Positions 29,901 through 42,900 of a stretch of 64,000 nt of DNA are shown piece by piece (position 1 is the stretch's first letter; every line of letters begins with the position of its first letter). The notes under the pieces were generated by a model. That model had not been told where the DNA came from. It did no database searches and saw only the letters and a list, made by a program, of their open reading frames with translations. This stretch comes from a virus, in IMG/VR virus record IMGVR_UViG_3300010160_000036, positions 1 to 64,000 of that record; one strand, 5' to 3'. The position numbers and the translations under genes are program-made.

Positions 29901-30034
29901 GATTAGCATATGAAAAAGCATCACAATCATTACCTGCAGGAGACCCGCAATTGGCTGTACTAAGAAATGTTTGGGATGAAAAACTTAAATTAAAAGATAT
30001 AGCTAGCGCAGTACTCAACAAATTTTTTGCATAA
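26930..30034 (+). CDS. gp5: Baseplate central spike (gp5/VgrG-like) with long C-terminal extension
   Basis: N-terminal OB fold (GVVKDTID...GRIRVYI...PDIGSTVICIF), GHSIVMDD/GHQILMSDD repeats, beta-helix repeats ending KINLN. Confidence 0.8.
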   Translation: MPHSLFKPKGPTKASRPDAGGAALRSVPVLGVVKDTIDTIRCGRIRVYIADKSGRDPNDSTSWTTVNYMSPFYGTTIAQGAKDNYGTYLQNPSSYGMWNAPPDIGSTVICIFINGDPDYGYWIGCVPEPESLYMVPAIGSAETVVTNENEAKSYGGATRLPVSNINTNNTEIDKSPTFYSEPKPVHSYVAGVLAQQGLVRDTIRGTIGTSAQRESPSRVGWGVNTPGRPIYDGGLTDETIAAAADTGTNVAGLKVISRRVGHSIVMDDGDLIGRDQLIRLRTSLGHQILMSDDGQTLFIIHANGQSYIELGKEGTIDMYATNSVNIRTQGDLNLHADNNININAKKDLNMYGENVNIQSAKKTDMRVGTNYSTQVQGNYTAKTNGKMSFKSAGEASLASSATTYINGSKINLNTGESALTPSDVKPFTTVLHTDTLFDKVKGWAAAPASLLSIVSRAPAHAPWAGANQGVDVKVNNDADAKFPSTPNPAIAESNNTTSSTPPSTPVSPSVSSTVPITNPISDSIDTNATNAMVADMSTRAQSNPEIQAAIATGAGVVRQNGINTEAIGSMAQSFQTLQDSGVIKPGFAALAASNLQKGMTIQQVLPPSAWTGQPGATNLSSYLNNPVAQIQAQVSGGFQVAQNKATQAGLITGSESSGQLAGIVSAVATAGLNATINAVRQSAGRLSGLISGNVSGPVGGIVNQLFASAQSSLTSGNFAANMASTLTGGLNSIASSLNGLSASQGGGSLLNTAKGIAGSAFAAIINSFPNLLPGVPQNLKQIALNAFRFAQNTGNETTAGVGAGGAISILPNSISTGLGALPGAQKAVSTIVNNSLAALNTIPGTAQSSSAIRQITASVISGQPLGNIAVGLLAQLRSPGNTLTAIASAGLQAGAAAALNSAISSLSSGGSVPNKLATVAINTINRASLTSLVGSVFGNSKIPIPNFSGNPATTGETAATTNVSEILAKSTAQSVAAIALGKAVDAAREARLAYEKASQSLPAGDPQLAVLRNVWDEKLKLKDIASAVLNKFFA

Positions 30035-30041
30035 ATACAGT

Positions 30042-30494
30042 ATGTCAACATATAACGGTTTTTCAACTATAAATGCTAACAAACCTAAAACTACCACAGC
30101 ATTACCAGGAGTAGACGGTGGCGTAGGTGGAATTGTGCAGCCTATTATTCTTGGTAAAAAGTTTAGATTAGTAGATGCCCCATTAGTTATACAAGATTTT
30201 ATAAATGCACTAAATATACCTAAAGGACAAAAAGTAGGTAATCCTGACTATGGAACAACTATTTGGTCTTATATATTTGAACCTAATAATACAAATACTC
30301 AGTTTAATATAGAAAACGAAATTAGAAAAATAGCAAAAAATGATCCTAGGCTTATTCTTAATAAAGTAAAATCGTTTGTGCAAGACAATGGTATACTACT
30401 TGAAGTAGAAATAGCAGTAGCGCCCTTTAATCAAGCTACTTTATTGAATGTATTTTTTAATAACCAAACTAATCAAGCAACAATCAGATCCTAA
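30042..30494 (+). CDS. gp25: Baseplate wedge/sheath initiator (gp25-like)
   Basis: YNGFST, KGQKVGNPDYGTTIWSYIFEP, DPRL motifs; start ATG 30042, 4 nt after ATAAATA (30031-30037). Confidence 0.88.
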   Translation: MSTYNGFSTINANKPKTTTALPGVDGGVGGIVQPIILGKKFRLVDAPLVIQDFINALNIPKGQKVGNPDYGTTIWSYIFEPNNTNTQFNIENEIRKIAKNDPRLILNKVKSFVQDNGILLEVEIAVAPFNQATLLNVFFNNQTNQATIRS

Positions 30495-30540
30495 AAAACC
30501 ATGGTTTTCAGTTAAGATAAATACTTAAAAGAGAAAAACT

Positions 30541-33500
30541 ATGGCTACAAGTTCAAGACAATCATCAATATTCGGTGTCAACGATTGGAAGGCAATATAC
30601 CAAACCTTCCGTGAGGCTGACTTCAGAAGTTACGATTATGAGACTTTACGTAAGAGTTTCATTGACTATCTGCGAGCATACTACCCAGAAACCTTTAACG
30701 ATTACATCGAATCTAGCGAATTTATTGCGTTGATGGATGTTATTGCATTTATGGGACAGGGTATTGCTTTCCGTAATGATTTAAACACCCGTGAAAACTT
30801 TATTGACACTGCTGAACGTAGAGACAGTGTTATCAAATTAGCCAACTTAGTCAGCTACAACCCAAAACGAAACATTACTGGTCAGGGATTTATCAAAGTT
30901 ACCAGTATAAGAACAACAGAACAATTAACTGACATTAATGGTATTAATTTGGGTAATCAAACAATTGTTTGGAACGATCCGGCTAATATTAGCTGGTTAG
31001 AACAGTTTAATACAATTGTTAATGCCACATTAATCAATAGTCAAAAAATTGGACGTCCGGGAAACATAGCAGAATTATTAGGTGTATTGACTAGTGAATA
31101 CGCTATAGAAATTCCACCAAACAGTTTACCTGTTATACCGTTCACCTCTACAGTTGATACAATGAATATGAATTTTGAATTGTGTAGTGTTACCAGCGTG
31201 AATGAAGATTATGTATATGAATTGCCGCCGGCACCAACTGGCAGATTTAATATGTTATATCGCAATGACAAATTAGGTTACGGTAGTCCAAACACAGGTT
31301 TTTTCTTTTATTTTAAACAAGGAAAATTACAAAGCTACGATTTTAATTTACCACAACAAATTTCAAATCAAGTAGTAAACATTAACATTCAAGGTGTTAA
31401 TAATACTGATACTTGGTTATATCAATTAAGCACCGCTAATGGTGGAAGAACTCTTTGGAAACAAGTTGAGAGTGTCTATGCAAATGCACAACTAAGTTCA
31501 ACCACATCAACTAAAAAAGTCTTCTCAGTTATTTCAGGTTTTAATGATTTAGTTAGTTATGCATTTGGAGATGGGGTATTTTCTGAAGCACCGGTTGGAT
31601 CTTTTAGAGCATATGTTCGTGCAGGTAATGCATTGACTTATACAATTGATCCAACTGAGATGCAAGGGATTCAAGTAACAATACAGTATATTAGCCGAGC
31701 AGGTCGAACAGAAGCACTTACATTAGGATTACAATTACAATTACCAGCATCAACTGCACAAGCAAGAGAAACAATAGCAAATATTAAACAACGTGCCCCT
31801 GCAAGATATTATACTCAAAACAGAATGGTTAATGGCGAAGATTATAACAATTTCCCATATACGTTATATAGTTCAATTATTAAAAGTAAAGCTATTAACC
31901 GAACTTCAGTTGGTGTGTCTAAAAATTTAGACTTACTTGACCCTACCGGAAAATACTCTAGCACTAATAGTTTTGCAAACGATGGTGCTTTATATCAAAA
32001 CAATGACAATGGTTGGTTGTTATTAACAATTAACAATACCGGTGACATCATTAAGTTTTTAACCGATGCATTGGCTAATGCATTGGCTGATACTAGAGCA
32101 AGACAGTATTACTTAGAAAATTACACACGGTATGATATCAATATTGCATCTGGTGACGGGACTGTATACTGGAATACCAGTACAGTAGATGCTAATAGTG
32201 TAACTGGTTATTTTTATAATATATCTGGATCAATAGATGTACCAATAGCTATCGGCACCTACTCAACGCATGATGTAAAATATATTACACCAGGAGCTAT
32301 GATTCGGGTGATTGCTCCAAGTGGTTATTACTTTGATCAAAATAACAGATTGATAGCAGGTATTGCAGGCCCAACCAATACCACATTCTTTTGGACAACA
32401 GTATTAAGTGTTATTGGTGATGGATATAATAACGGTACTGGTAATTTTAGTAACGGCATCGGTCCAGTTTCATTAAATGCGTATGTGCCAAATGGTGCCA
32501 TCGTTAATCAAGTTATACCTGCATTTCAAAACACATTACCTACTTTAGTAAGACAAGAAGCAATTACCAGAATGGAATTGAATCAAAGCTTTAGCTTGAT
32601 ATTTAATAATTCATTATTAGCATCACAGGATAGATGGTCTATAGGTGCATATAATCAAGATAATTGGTTTGTGAATTTTCAATCTACCGGTAACAATATG
32701 TACTCAGTGTATTACCGATCATTAAAGTATTACTTTGGATCAGTAGCTGACACACGATTCTGGTTTGAAATAGGTAAGTTAGTATATGATCCAGTAACTG
32801 GTAAGATTCTAGCAGATTATGTTAATATGTTATCAACTAATACCCAACCTGGAAATAACTATGCTTTAGCTAAACCAGTCAAAGTAAACATCGTTGGACA
32901 AACAATTGAAAGTGATGGTTATGTGAATGACTTTGAAGTAGAAGTTTCTAGTATTGATGTAAACAATAAAGAAATTATTTTAGATCCTGACTTCTTTACT
33001 ACTGTTACAGGCTATCAAGTTAACAATGCTAACATTGGTATATACGCATTTTTTGAACTAATTCAAGATGCGGTTAATTTATCACGTTATCAAGTGATAT
33101 CTTCAAGTGAAGTGGTATATCAGTATCCTAATTTAACTACCATCGAAGTTGTAAAATACGAATATCCATTAGGTCAGTTATTCTATGCATATAATGAAAA
33201 CAAGTTTTACATATCAGTGCAAGATACTACAGTGACAACACCATATTATATAATGACTCCGCAACCTCAATATCTAATGCAATCAGGACGCCAAGGATTG
33301 CAATTTCAGTATCGTCATAATAGTAATAACACTACACGTATTGATCCGGCAACTACAAACATCATTGATTTGTATTTGGTAACACAAGCTTACTATACAG
33401 CTTACCAAAATTATATACAAGATTCTACTGATACAGTACCAAAACCAGATATCCCTACAATTAGTGAATTGCAACAAGCTTATGGTCGTTTAGATGATTA

Positions 33501-33912
33501 CAAGATGCTGACTGATAACGTAGTACCAAATAGTGTTCGATTTGTTCCTTTATTTGGTCACAAGGCAACACCTCAATTACAAGGTACAGTTAAAGTTATC
33601 AAGTCACAAATGACAAATGCAAGTGATAGTGAAGTACGTAGTGCAACCCTAACTGCTATGAACAATTATTTTAATATCAATAATTGGAACTTTGGAGACA
33701 CATTCTACTTTTCAGAATTAAGTGCATATTTACATGCACAGTTAGGAGATTTAATGAGTTCAGTTGTATTAGTTCCAAATGATCCTACAATGAACTTTGG
33801 TGACTTGTACGAAATCAAATCAGCTCCTTATGAAATTTTTGTTAACGGTGCAACAGCAAATGACGTTGTAATCATCGCAGCTTTAACTCCAGTGCAATTA
33901 CAAATAAGATAA
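30541..33912 (+). CDS. gp6: Baseplate wedge subunit (gp6-like)
   Basis: RENFIDTAERRDSVIKLANLVSYNPKR, FGDGVF, ETIANIKQRAP..YTQNRMVNGEDY motifs; ATAAATA at 30517-30523. Confidence 0.88.
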   Translation: MATSSRQSSIFGVNDWKAIYQTFREADFRSYDYETLRKSFIDYLRAYYPETFNDYIESSEFIALMDVIAFMGQGIAFRNDLNTRENFIDTAERRDSVIKLANLVSYNPKRNITGQGFIKVTSIRTTEQLTDINGINLGNQTIVWNDPANISWLEQFNTIVNATLINSQKIGRPGNIAELLGVLTSEYAIEIPPNSLPVIPFTSTVDTMNMNFELCSVTSVNEDYVYELPPAPTGRFNMLYRNDKLGYGSPNTGFFFYFKQGKLQSYDFNLPQQISNQVVNINIQGVNNTDTWLYQLSTANGGRTLWKQVESVYANAQLSSTTSTKKVFSVISGFNDLVSYAFGDGVFSEAPVGSFRAYVRAGNALTYTIDPTEMQGIQVTIQYISRAGRTEALTLGLQLQLPASTAQARETIANIKQRAPARYYTQNRMVNGEDYNNFPYTLYSSIIKSKAINRTSVGVSKNLDLLDPTGKYSSTNSFANDGALYQNNDNGWLLLTINNTGDIIKFLTDALANALADTRARQYYLENYTRYDINIASGDGTVYWNTSTVDANSVTGYFYNISGSIDVPIAIGTYSTHDVKYITPGAMIRVIAPSGYYFDQNNRLIAGIAGPTNTTFFWTTVLSVIGDGYNNGTGNFSNGIGPVSLNAYVPNGAIVNQVIPAFQNTLPTLVRQEAITRMELNQSFSLIFNNSLLASQDRWSIGAYNQDNWFVNFQSTGNNMYSVYYRSLKYYFGSVADTRFWFEIGKLVYDPVTGKILADYVNMLSTNTQPGNNYALAKPVKVNIVGQTIESDGYVNDFEVEVSSIDVNNKEIILDPDFFTTVTGYQVNNANIGIYAFFELIQDAVNLSRYQVISSSEVVYQYPNLTTIEVVKYEYPLGQLFYAYNENKFYISVQDTTVTTPYYIMTPQPQYLMQSGRQGLQFQYRHNSNNTTRIDPATTNIIDLYLVTQAYYTAYQNYIQDSTDTVPKPDIPTISELQQAYGRLDDYKMLTDNVVPNSVRFVPLFGHKATPQLQGTVKVIKSQMTNASDSEVRSATLTAMNNYFNINNWNFGDTFYFSELSAYLHAQLGDLMSSVVLVPNDPTMNFGDLYEIKSAPYEIFVNGATANDVVIIAALTPVQLQIR

Positions 33913-33938
33913 GTATACAATAACAATTAGAGAGTTAT

Positions 33939-36900
33939 ATGGCAACAAGAATTAGAACACTAAACTTTTTACCTGAAGTATTTCAGACCCCTACTAACGC
34001 ACAATTTTTAGGAGCAACACTAGATCAAATTACGGATCAACCAAATACGATGCGTATTGAAGGTTATGTTGGTAGTAAGTTTGGATATGGTATTAATGCT
34101 AAAGACAAATATGTAATTGAACCTACAAAAACACGCACTGACTATCAATTAGATCCTGCTGTTGTATTTACAAAAACAAACACAGCAACAGCAGTCGATT
34201 TCATTAGTTATCCGGGCATAGTAGATGCTGTAAAATTAAACGGTGGCATCATTGATAATAACGACAGACTGTTTAACAGTCAATTTTATTCATGGGATCC
34301 GTTTGTTGATTTGGATAAAGTAATCAACTTTAATCAATATTACTGGTTGCCAACCGGTGCACCGGCAGTAACAGTTGCTACTGACATTGTTTATAATGTC
34401 AGTGATTATGTTGTAACAGATTTGCCAAATGGATACAACATTTCAAGTGACGTTAATCCAAGTGGCTCAACTAATCCATCATTGACTTTTATTCGTGGCG
34501 GTACATATACATTTACTGTAGATCAGAATACTGCATTTTGGTTACAAGGTAAACCGGGTGTAACCGGCTATGATCCAGCTCAACCTAATTTACAAACACG
34601 TAATATACTTGGTGTTGAAAACAACGGGGCCTCTAGAGGTGTAGTAACATTTAATGTACCTTATAAAAACGCACAGGATGAATATAATTTCCCAGGTAAC
34701 AACTTAGTTGATGTAGTATCAACTACGCCATTTGATGAAATCAATGGTCAGCTGTTAAGTTATGTTAAAAATATCGACGGTGTGACAGCATTAGGAGGTA
34801 GAACTGTACTGTTTTATAATACTGGCGTAGTTAATGAAACTGGATTTGTTGGCCCGTTTTATGATACAACACTGTATGATGAAAACGGTGGCAACGCCCC
34901 GTTCGTTTATCCGGGCACATCGATTGATAATAACAATTATAATGGTGGTTATTATACTGATCCTTCAGCTACATTTTATCTAATAACATATGTTGGTGAT
35001 CCTGACAACCCTACACTAAAATTAGTACCATATGCCCCTATCCCAACTGAAGAAAAGATAACAGCAGTTTACGGCACACAATGGAAAGCTAGAAATTTTT
35101 ATCGTAATATCGAAGGCGTAATTAACTTGATCCCGTATCTAAGCAGTTTGCTAGATACAATATATTATCAAGACGGTACTAGTCCAGACAAGGTTGGTGT
35201 TATTAAATTAATTAATAGCAACTCTGCAAATCAAATTAATGTCAATGATATTTTAGGTAAAAAGAATTACACTGCACCAAATGGTGTCGTGTTTACTAAC
35301 GGATTAAAAGTATCATTTGCAGGTAGTATCTATCCAACAACTTACAAGACAGGTGAATACTATGTTCAAGGTGTGGGTACTGCAATTGAATTATTAGACA
35401 TTGCTACACTAATTGCCCCAGAACCATTCACTGCAGGAACATATACACCATACGACACCTTACCGTATGACATTGGCAACTATGATAGTACATTATACGT
35501 TCCTGTATATCAAGATTATTTAACAATTGCAAGAAATAGTATTGACAGAAATGCATGGTCACGAAGCAATCGTTGGTTTCACATTGATGTTATTAATGCA
35601 ACTGCAGGTTATTTAAATGATCCTACAATCGTTACTACATATGCAACACAAAATAATAAAGCAAAACGCCCGGTCATAGAATTTTATCCTAACTTACAAT
35701 TATTTAATAACAACATTGTTGGCAAACAACCTATTGATTTCTTTGACACTAGAACAACAGATGCATTTACTCAAGTTGCCGGACAACTTGCTTACTACCC
35801 GGACGTAGAAGTATACACTGCATCAACCGCATCTATCGCATCAGCATCAAGCGCAACATCTACTACAATTACTGTATTGGCGTCAGACGTGGGTCCTGTA
35901 ACTAGTATTGGTGCCAGCATAGGTACATTTCAAGTAGGTCAATATATTACCGACAATGCTGGTAAACTACCACGTAATAGTCAAATCTCAGCTATTTCTG
36001 GTACAACAACATTGACATTGACGGTTACGTGGCCTTATGCATCATCATTTACATCAGCCACTAATGTGTCATTAATTGCAAACGGTTTACCAAATGATGA
36101 CTATGCATTGTATGACGGTGCAAAGATTGTATTCTCTGTAGATACAAATGTTGATGTTCGTAATAAAATTTATATTGTTCGTTTTTCAAGTATTGCCGGC
36201 TCAATCCCAGTTATTACATTGACTGAAGTTGAAGATGGTTTAGTATTACCAAACGAAGGTACATTTACATTCAAGGGCTATTACAATCAAGGTATGGATT
36301 TTTACTTTGATGGTTTAACATGGTTTGAAGCACAGCAAAAGACAACAATTAACCAAGCACCATTGTTTGATGTCTTTGACAATGATGGTGTAAGTTTTGG
36401 TAACAATAATGTTTATGTAGGTAGTTCATTCAAAGGTAACAAACTATTCAGTTATGGTATTGGTAGTGGAATCAATGATTTGATATTAGGCTTTCCGTTG
36501 CGCTATAGTTCCGTAAACAATGTAGGCGACATTAGCTTTGATGTACTAATAAACTCTGCGACATTTAATTATGTTAAGGGCATTGCACCAATAACACAAA
36601 AAGTAAACACTGGATATGTTCACAACTATAGTGACCTATCGACATTTAGTAGAGCATTAGGTTGGCAAACAGCAGTTGCTGAAAGTCGGCAGTACCAAGT
36701 GTTTAATTTTGATTATGTAGCATCTAACCCAGTAACAACATATACATGCGACATTGCGGCTGCAACAAACACTGCATGGCCTAACATTCAATTGTATGTA
36801 AATAATGATTTGCAAGCATCATCAACTTACACATATGAAATTACAGAAGATTCTACTGTAATTACATTTACACCACCTAATCCTTTAGTTGATACTGTAA

Positions 36901-39900
36901 TTGAAATTACTATACTAAGTGACCAAGTAAGTCCAACAGCTTACTATGAAATCCCTATCAACTTACAAAACAACCCATTCAATACTGATATCACAACAGC
37001 AAACGTTGGTGATATACGTGGTCAGTATCAAAGTATCTTTTACAACAATCCTGACACTACTGGCGTAGTATTTGGTTCAAACAACTATCGTGACTTGGGC
37101 AATCTTGTGCCATGGGGTAATAAGATTATTCAGAATAGTGCAAGTCTTGCACTTCCTGGCACATTCCTTCGCAAACAAAATCACAATTTAGTTGACTCGT
37201 TGCAGTATAATAGTCAACAGTATATTATATTTAAAAACTTGTTAGTAAATACAATTGATAGTACAGACTATACTTATTATCAGTTACCGGCAGTAATGCT
37301 AGATAACGCATTAGATCAAATTACCTCAGGTAAAATTGAATCTGGTCCATTCTTTTGGTCTGACATGCTACCTAACATGTCAGCATATGCTACCAACACA
37401 TATACTTTTGCTAACTCATTAGATGTAAGTATCTATCCATTGACTAGAATTTATGATTTTACTAAATCAAACTATTATGGTGTTCTTGTTTATCTAACAA
37501 GAACTGTTGATAACTTTACAACAACTACTCAGTTACTAATCAATATTGACTATACTGTCAGCACCGATACTCCTAGCTTAACAATTAGTACTGATTTGTT
37601 ACCAGGTGATATCGTAACAATTAAAGAATATAATCAAACATATGGTAGCTATGTTCCAAATACTCCTACTAAGTTAGGATTGTATCCAGCATTTGTACCT
37701 GAAGTTATCTTAGATAGTAACTACACACAACCTACATATTTTATTCGTGGACATGATGGATCATATAATCAATTGTACGGTGATTATATTGACGGGAATT
37801 TAGTAGACTTCAGAGATAAAGTATTGTTAGAATTTGAAACAAGAATCTATAACAATTTAAAACTAAGTGACATCATTCCAATTCGTGACTATGATGTTAT
37901 TCCTGGTTTCTTTAGAAATACTGGTTACTCATATGACGAAGTACTAAGCATATACTCGCAATACTTTTTAAATTGGATAGGTCAGAATCGTGTAGAATAT
38001 AAACCACAAGTAGGTTATAGTTCAATTGACCAGTTTACTTATAATTACAGTCAATCAGGAAATAAGATTGATGGTAGTCAAATATTACAAGGTTATTGGA
38101 GAGGTATATATCAATATTTCTATGACACCTCTGAACCTAATACAACACCATGGGAAATGCTTGGCTTCACTGCAATGCCATCATGGTGGACAGGACGTTA
38201 TGGTGCTGCCCCATATACAAGTGACAACTTAGTATTATGGAAAGATTTAGCACAGGGTATTAACTGGAACAACGGTGATCCCTACGTATTGAGTCAGTTT
38301 ATCAGACCGCAGTTGTTAGAAGTAATTCCTGTTGACAGTGCTGGTAATTTATTATCACCATTTGATGCTATTGTTGGTAACTATGTAGAACGTTCATTCA
38401 AACATGATTGGAAAGTTGGAGATGTAGCTGCAACTGAATTATCATATCGCAGAAGCAGTACATGGCCATTTGACTTGATGAAACTATTGTCATTGACAAA
38501 GCCAGCAGAATTTTACAACTTGGGTGTTGATGTTGACAATTACAAATACAACACAGAATTCAATCAATTCTTAGTTAACAACCGCAGCCACTTAGTAATT
38601 AGCGATGTACAAATTTATGGTAATGGCATAGCTAAAACTAGTTACATCAACTGGATTGTTGATTATGAAAAACAATTGGGCGTGGATGCAACAACCAACA
38701 TCACTAATTTGCTAGCTAATTTGGATGTTCGTTTAGCATACAGACTTGCTGGATTCAGTGACAAGACCCTATTGAATTTCTATGTTGAAAAAGGCACACC
38801 AAACAGTACAAATGCTTCATTATTGATTCCTAATGAAAGCTATCAAGTATTGTTATATGACAATGTGCCATTCGACAAAATTATATACAGTGGAGTTATT
38901 GTACAAAACGTAGGCACTGGATGGAAAGTATTTGGTAACTCACAGAACAACGCATATTTTAATATAAGTGTTCCAAAAATAAACGGAAATTATAATAAAG
39001 TATCAGTAGAAGGATTATCTGTACAAATTGCAAATGACTACTTTGACAATAAAAGTCAGTTAATCCCATATGGTACCGAATTCAATTCAATACATGATGT
39101 TGCACAATTTATAGGAAGCTATAATAATTATTTGCTCAACCAAGGCGTATTGTTTGACCAGATCGAATCTGGCTTAGCAGTAATTTGGAGTCAGATGGTT
39201 GCTGAATATTTATATTGGGTTCAATCAGGATGGGAAAAAGGAAGTTTGATTAACTTAAATCCAGCAGCCAATATTATGACTATTAACAAAGATAGTTACA
39301 TTGTTCAACCATTAACACTACAAAAACAAAACTTTGTATTGAATCAAAACTTATATCCAATTAAATCTACTGATTTAGCTGTGGTTCGTGAAGGTACTTT
39401 ATTCACAGCTACACCATTAAATCAAGGTGATACCGTTGCATATGGTCAGTTTAACATTAGTAATTTTGAACATGGTATTGTTTTCAACAACGTAACACTA
39501 TTTAATGATATCATCTACAATCTTATAACCGGTTTACGTCAAGCTCGTATCCTAACAAAGGGTGTTAAAACTGCCGATTGGAATGGTACAATCGATGCAC
39601 AGGGTTTTATATTAAACCAAGACAATATCTTAGAATGGGACAGTATCACAAAGTATACCAAAGGTTCTATTGTATTATACAAAAATAGATATTGGACTGC
39701 GTTACAAGTGATTAATGCTAGTGCGATTTTTGATACTAAGTTATGGAAAGAAACTAACTACAACGAAATTCAAAAGGGCTTACTACCTAACGGTTCAACA
39801 CGTTCGTATGAATCTACGTTGTTCTATAATACAAACATTAGTAACCTAGACAGAGATAGTGATATACTAAGCTGGTCATTAATTGGTTATCGTCCCCGTG

Positions 39901-42900
39901 ATTACCTAGCACTTGCCGACCTAACAGATATTACCCAAGTCAATGTTTATAAGAACATGATTAAACAAATGGGTACAAGAATCGCCGCTAATAACTTTAA
40001 GGGCGTAACTTTACTACAAGGTGGTATTGACTATGATATCAATGATAATTGGGCTATCAAGACAGGTGAGTTTGGTGGTGTGTTGGATAATAACTTTGTT
40101 GATTTTAGATTAAATCAAACTCAATTGACCGGCAACCCAAGCACAGTAGCATTGACTACAGGAGATTATACTGACGGAGTAGAACAAGAAGTTCCGTTGT
40201 ATTCTGTATTTAATTATAGTAGACCATTGACTAACCCTAATGTTCTACCTACATTACCAGTTGACACTCCCAACAGATTATATCCTGCAGCAGGTTATGT
40301 AAACTTTAACGATATTTCAGTTTACGGTTATTACTATAATGATTTAAACACTGCTCAGACTCCGTTGGAAAAATTATACGTAGGTGAATATGTTTGGATT
40401 GCTGATTATAACGGAACTTGGCAAGTATACACCCCTATCAGCAATGGTCAATTAATTGAAGTGGTTAATAACTTGAATGGAACAGTGACCTTGACTTTTG
40501 CTGAACCACACAACTTAACTAAGTATCAAACTATTGCTATTATTAATTTTAATGCAGGTGTCAATGGGTATAGAATCGTACAATCAATTATAGATAATAA
40601 CAGAGTTACAATTGCACTTAACTTGTTAGCATCAGTTACAAGACTTACCGGTACTGGCATAGTGATGAGATTTCAATCTCAACGTGTAAATCAACCTAGT
40701 GACATCAATTCATTACCGTTACTAAACACAGAATTTGTTAAGAATAAAGTATGGGTAGATACAAATACTGACGGTGATTGGGCTGTCTATCGCAAGAGTT
40801 TAAATTATGTTTATGATTTAGAATTATTAAGAACAGGTGCATTGAAATTTGGTAGTGCAGTAGCAACTACAAGTGACTTAGGCTATTTAATTGGTGACAG
40901 TGACTTGGGTGTAGCATACAGATATGTATATGACCCTGTATTTAAAGTATTCGTAATGCGCCAAAGTATAACTGGATCAGAAAGTTTTGGTTCTACTATT
41001 TCTTATAGTGGTAACAAATTTGCCATCAGTCAACCAACCGGTGCATTATTAGCTAACAGATTAGTTAAAGTATATGATTTGATTGTGTCTATCACACAAA
41101 ACATATTACAATTATCTCAAACAATTCAAGCACCAACAGGTGCAACAAACTGGGGTTCTGCTACAGCATTCTCCGGTGATGGTAACTGGTTGTATATCAG
41201 TGCATATGAACAAAACAGTGTATATGTATATCGCAAGTCACAAGTAACTGGATTGTATGAGTATTCAACTATTATCAATGTTTTAGGATTGGTAGCAGGG
41301 GATAACTTCTCTTACTCACTGTCAACTAATTATTACGGGGACACTGTAATTATTGGTGCACCTGATGTAGATACCACAGTAGACAATACAGGTTCAACTT
41401 ATATTTTTGAACGATTAGTTCAGAATTTTGAATCACAATACAACAGTCAGCCACTAGTTCCTCAAACATTCAAATTAGTATATACTCCCGGCACAACTAT
41501 TAGAACCGCATCGGCCATTGCAAGTAACGCAGTAACATTGAATAGTGTTGCAGGATTAACAGCAGGTGTAAATGGTACTGCAATCGTGTTTACTGGCACA
41601 GTATTTGGTAGCATTGCACTAAATCAAGTTTATTATGTTAAGTCTATTGTAGGTTCTACTGTTACGTTGTCTTTAACTCGTAACGGTACTACATTAACCT
41701 TGACTAATAGTTCAGGCACAATGTCTGCGGTAGTACAGACTCAACCATTGTTTGTAAGTGTTAACGGCACACTAATTACAGATAATAATTATGCTGTCAC
41801 GGGTACTACGTTAAATGTCTATCAAAGTTTGATCGCAGGTGATATCATAACATCTAGCAGTTCACAATTTGTATTGATTGAAACATTGGTATCTCCTGAT
41901 AATCTAACAATAGGTGAACAGTATGGTTACAGTTTAGATACTAACACATACGGTACTGAAATATTAGTTGGATCACCGTTTCAACTTAATTCACAAAATC
42001 AGGAAGGTGCTGTCTATCGATACACTGATGGCGGCGGCAAATACGGTATCATAACTGGTTTGCTTGACTGCCAAGTTTCAACACCTACAACTATATTAAT
42101 AAACGGTTATGTAGTTGATATACCATTAGGTAATGCAACTATAGTTGCTAATTCAATAGCTTCCGCTAATATCACCAATGTAACTGCTACTACACAAAAC
42201 GGTAAGTTGGTAATTTCTACTATTAGCAATGAATTAGCATATGTCAATGATAAATTAAACATTGTAACATTAAGCGCACATGACTTCTATCAATTGGGTA
42301 TTAGTAAGTATCAATTGACACAAACTATTAATGATCCACACAGTCAAGGTAGAACACAATTTGGTACTACTATTAAATTTAATGAAAGCAGCTCATTTGT
42401 AGTAAGCTCACCTGTATCAACACGGTATGAAGAAACAACCTTTGATGCTTCTGATGATGCCAACTATAACAATGACACATTGTTTGATAACAATACAACT
42501 CAATTTTTAGACACCTATACTAATGCTGGCGCAGTATACATGTTTGACTATGTAAGCAACTACGATGAAAATTTAAACAATGTGGGTCAATTTGTATATG
42601 CTCAAAATGTTAATGCGTTTGATTTAGACTACGGCGCACAACCATACTATGGCACAGCATTAGATTTTAATAACAATCAAGTTGTTGTTGGCACACCTAA
42701 CTTTAGACCAAATATTAATAACGGTCAAGTAATAATTTATCAAAACGCCACTGGTGTACAAGACTGGAGTGTATATCGTAATTCAACTCCTATCGTTGAT
42801 GTAAACGCAATTCAAAATGCCCAGTTATATAGTGCATCTACTAATAACACATTGATCAATCTAGATTACATTGATCCATTACAGGGTAAATTATTAGGTG

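Noticed and set aside
29257-30066. 269-aa antisense ORF within gp5
   Set aside because: Expected from Ala/Gly/Ser-rich codons lacking reverse-strand stops.
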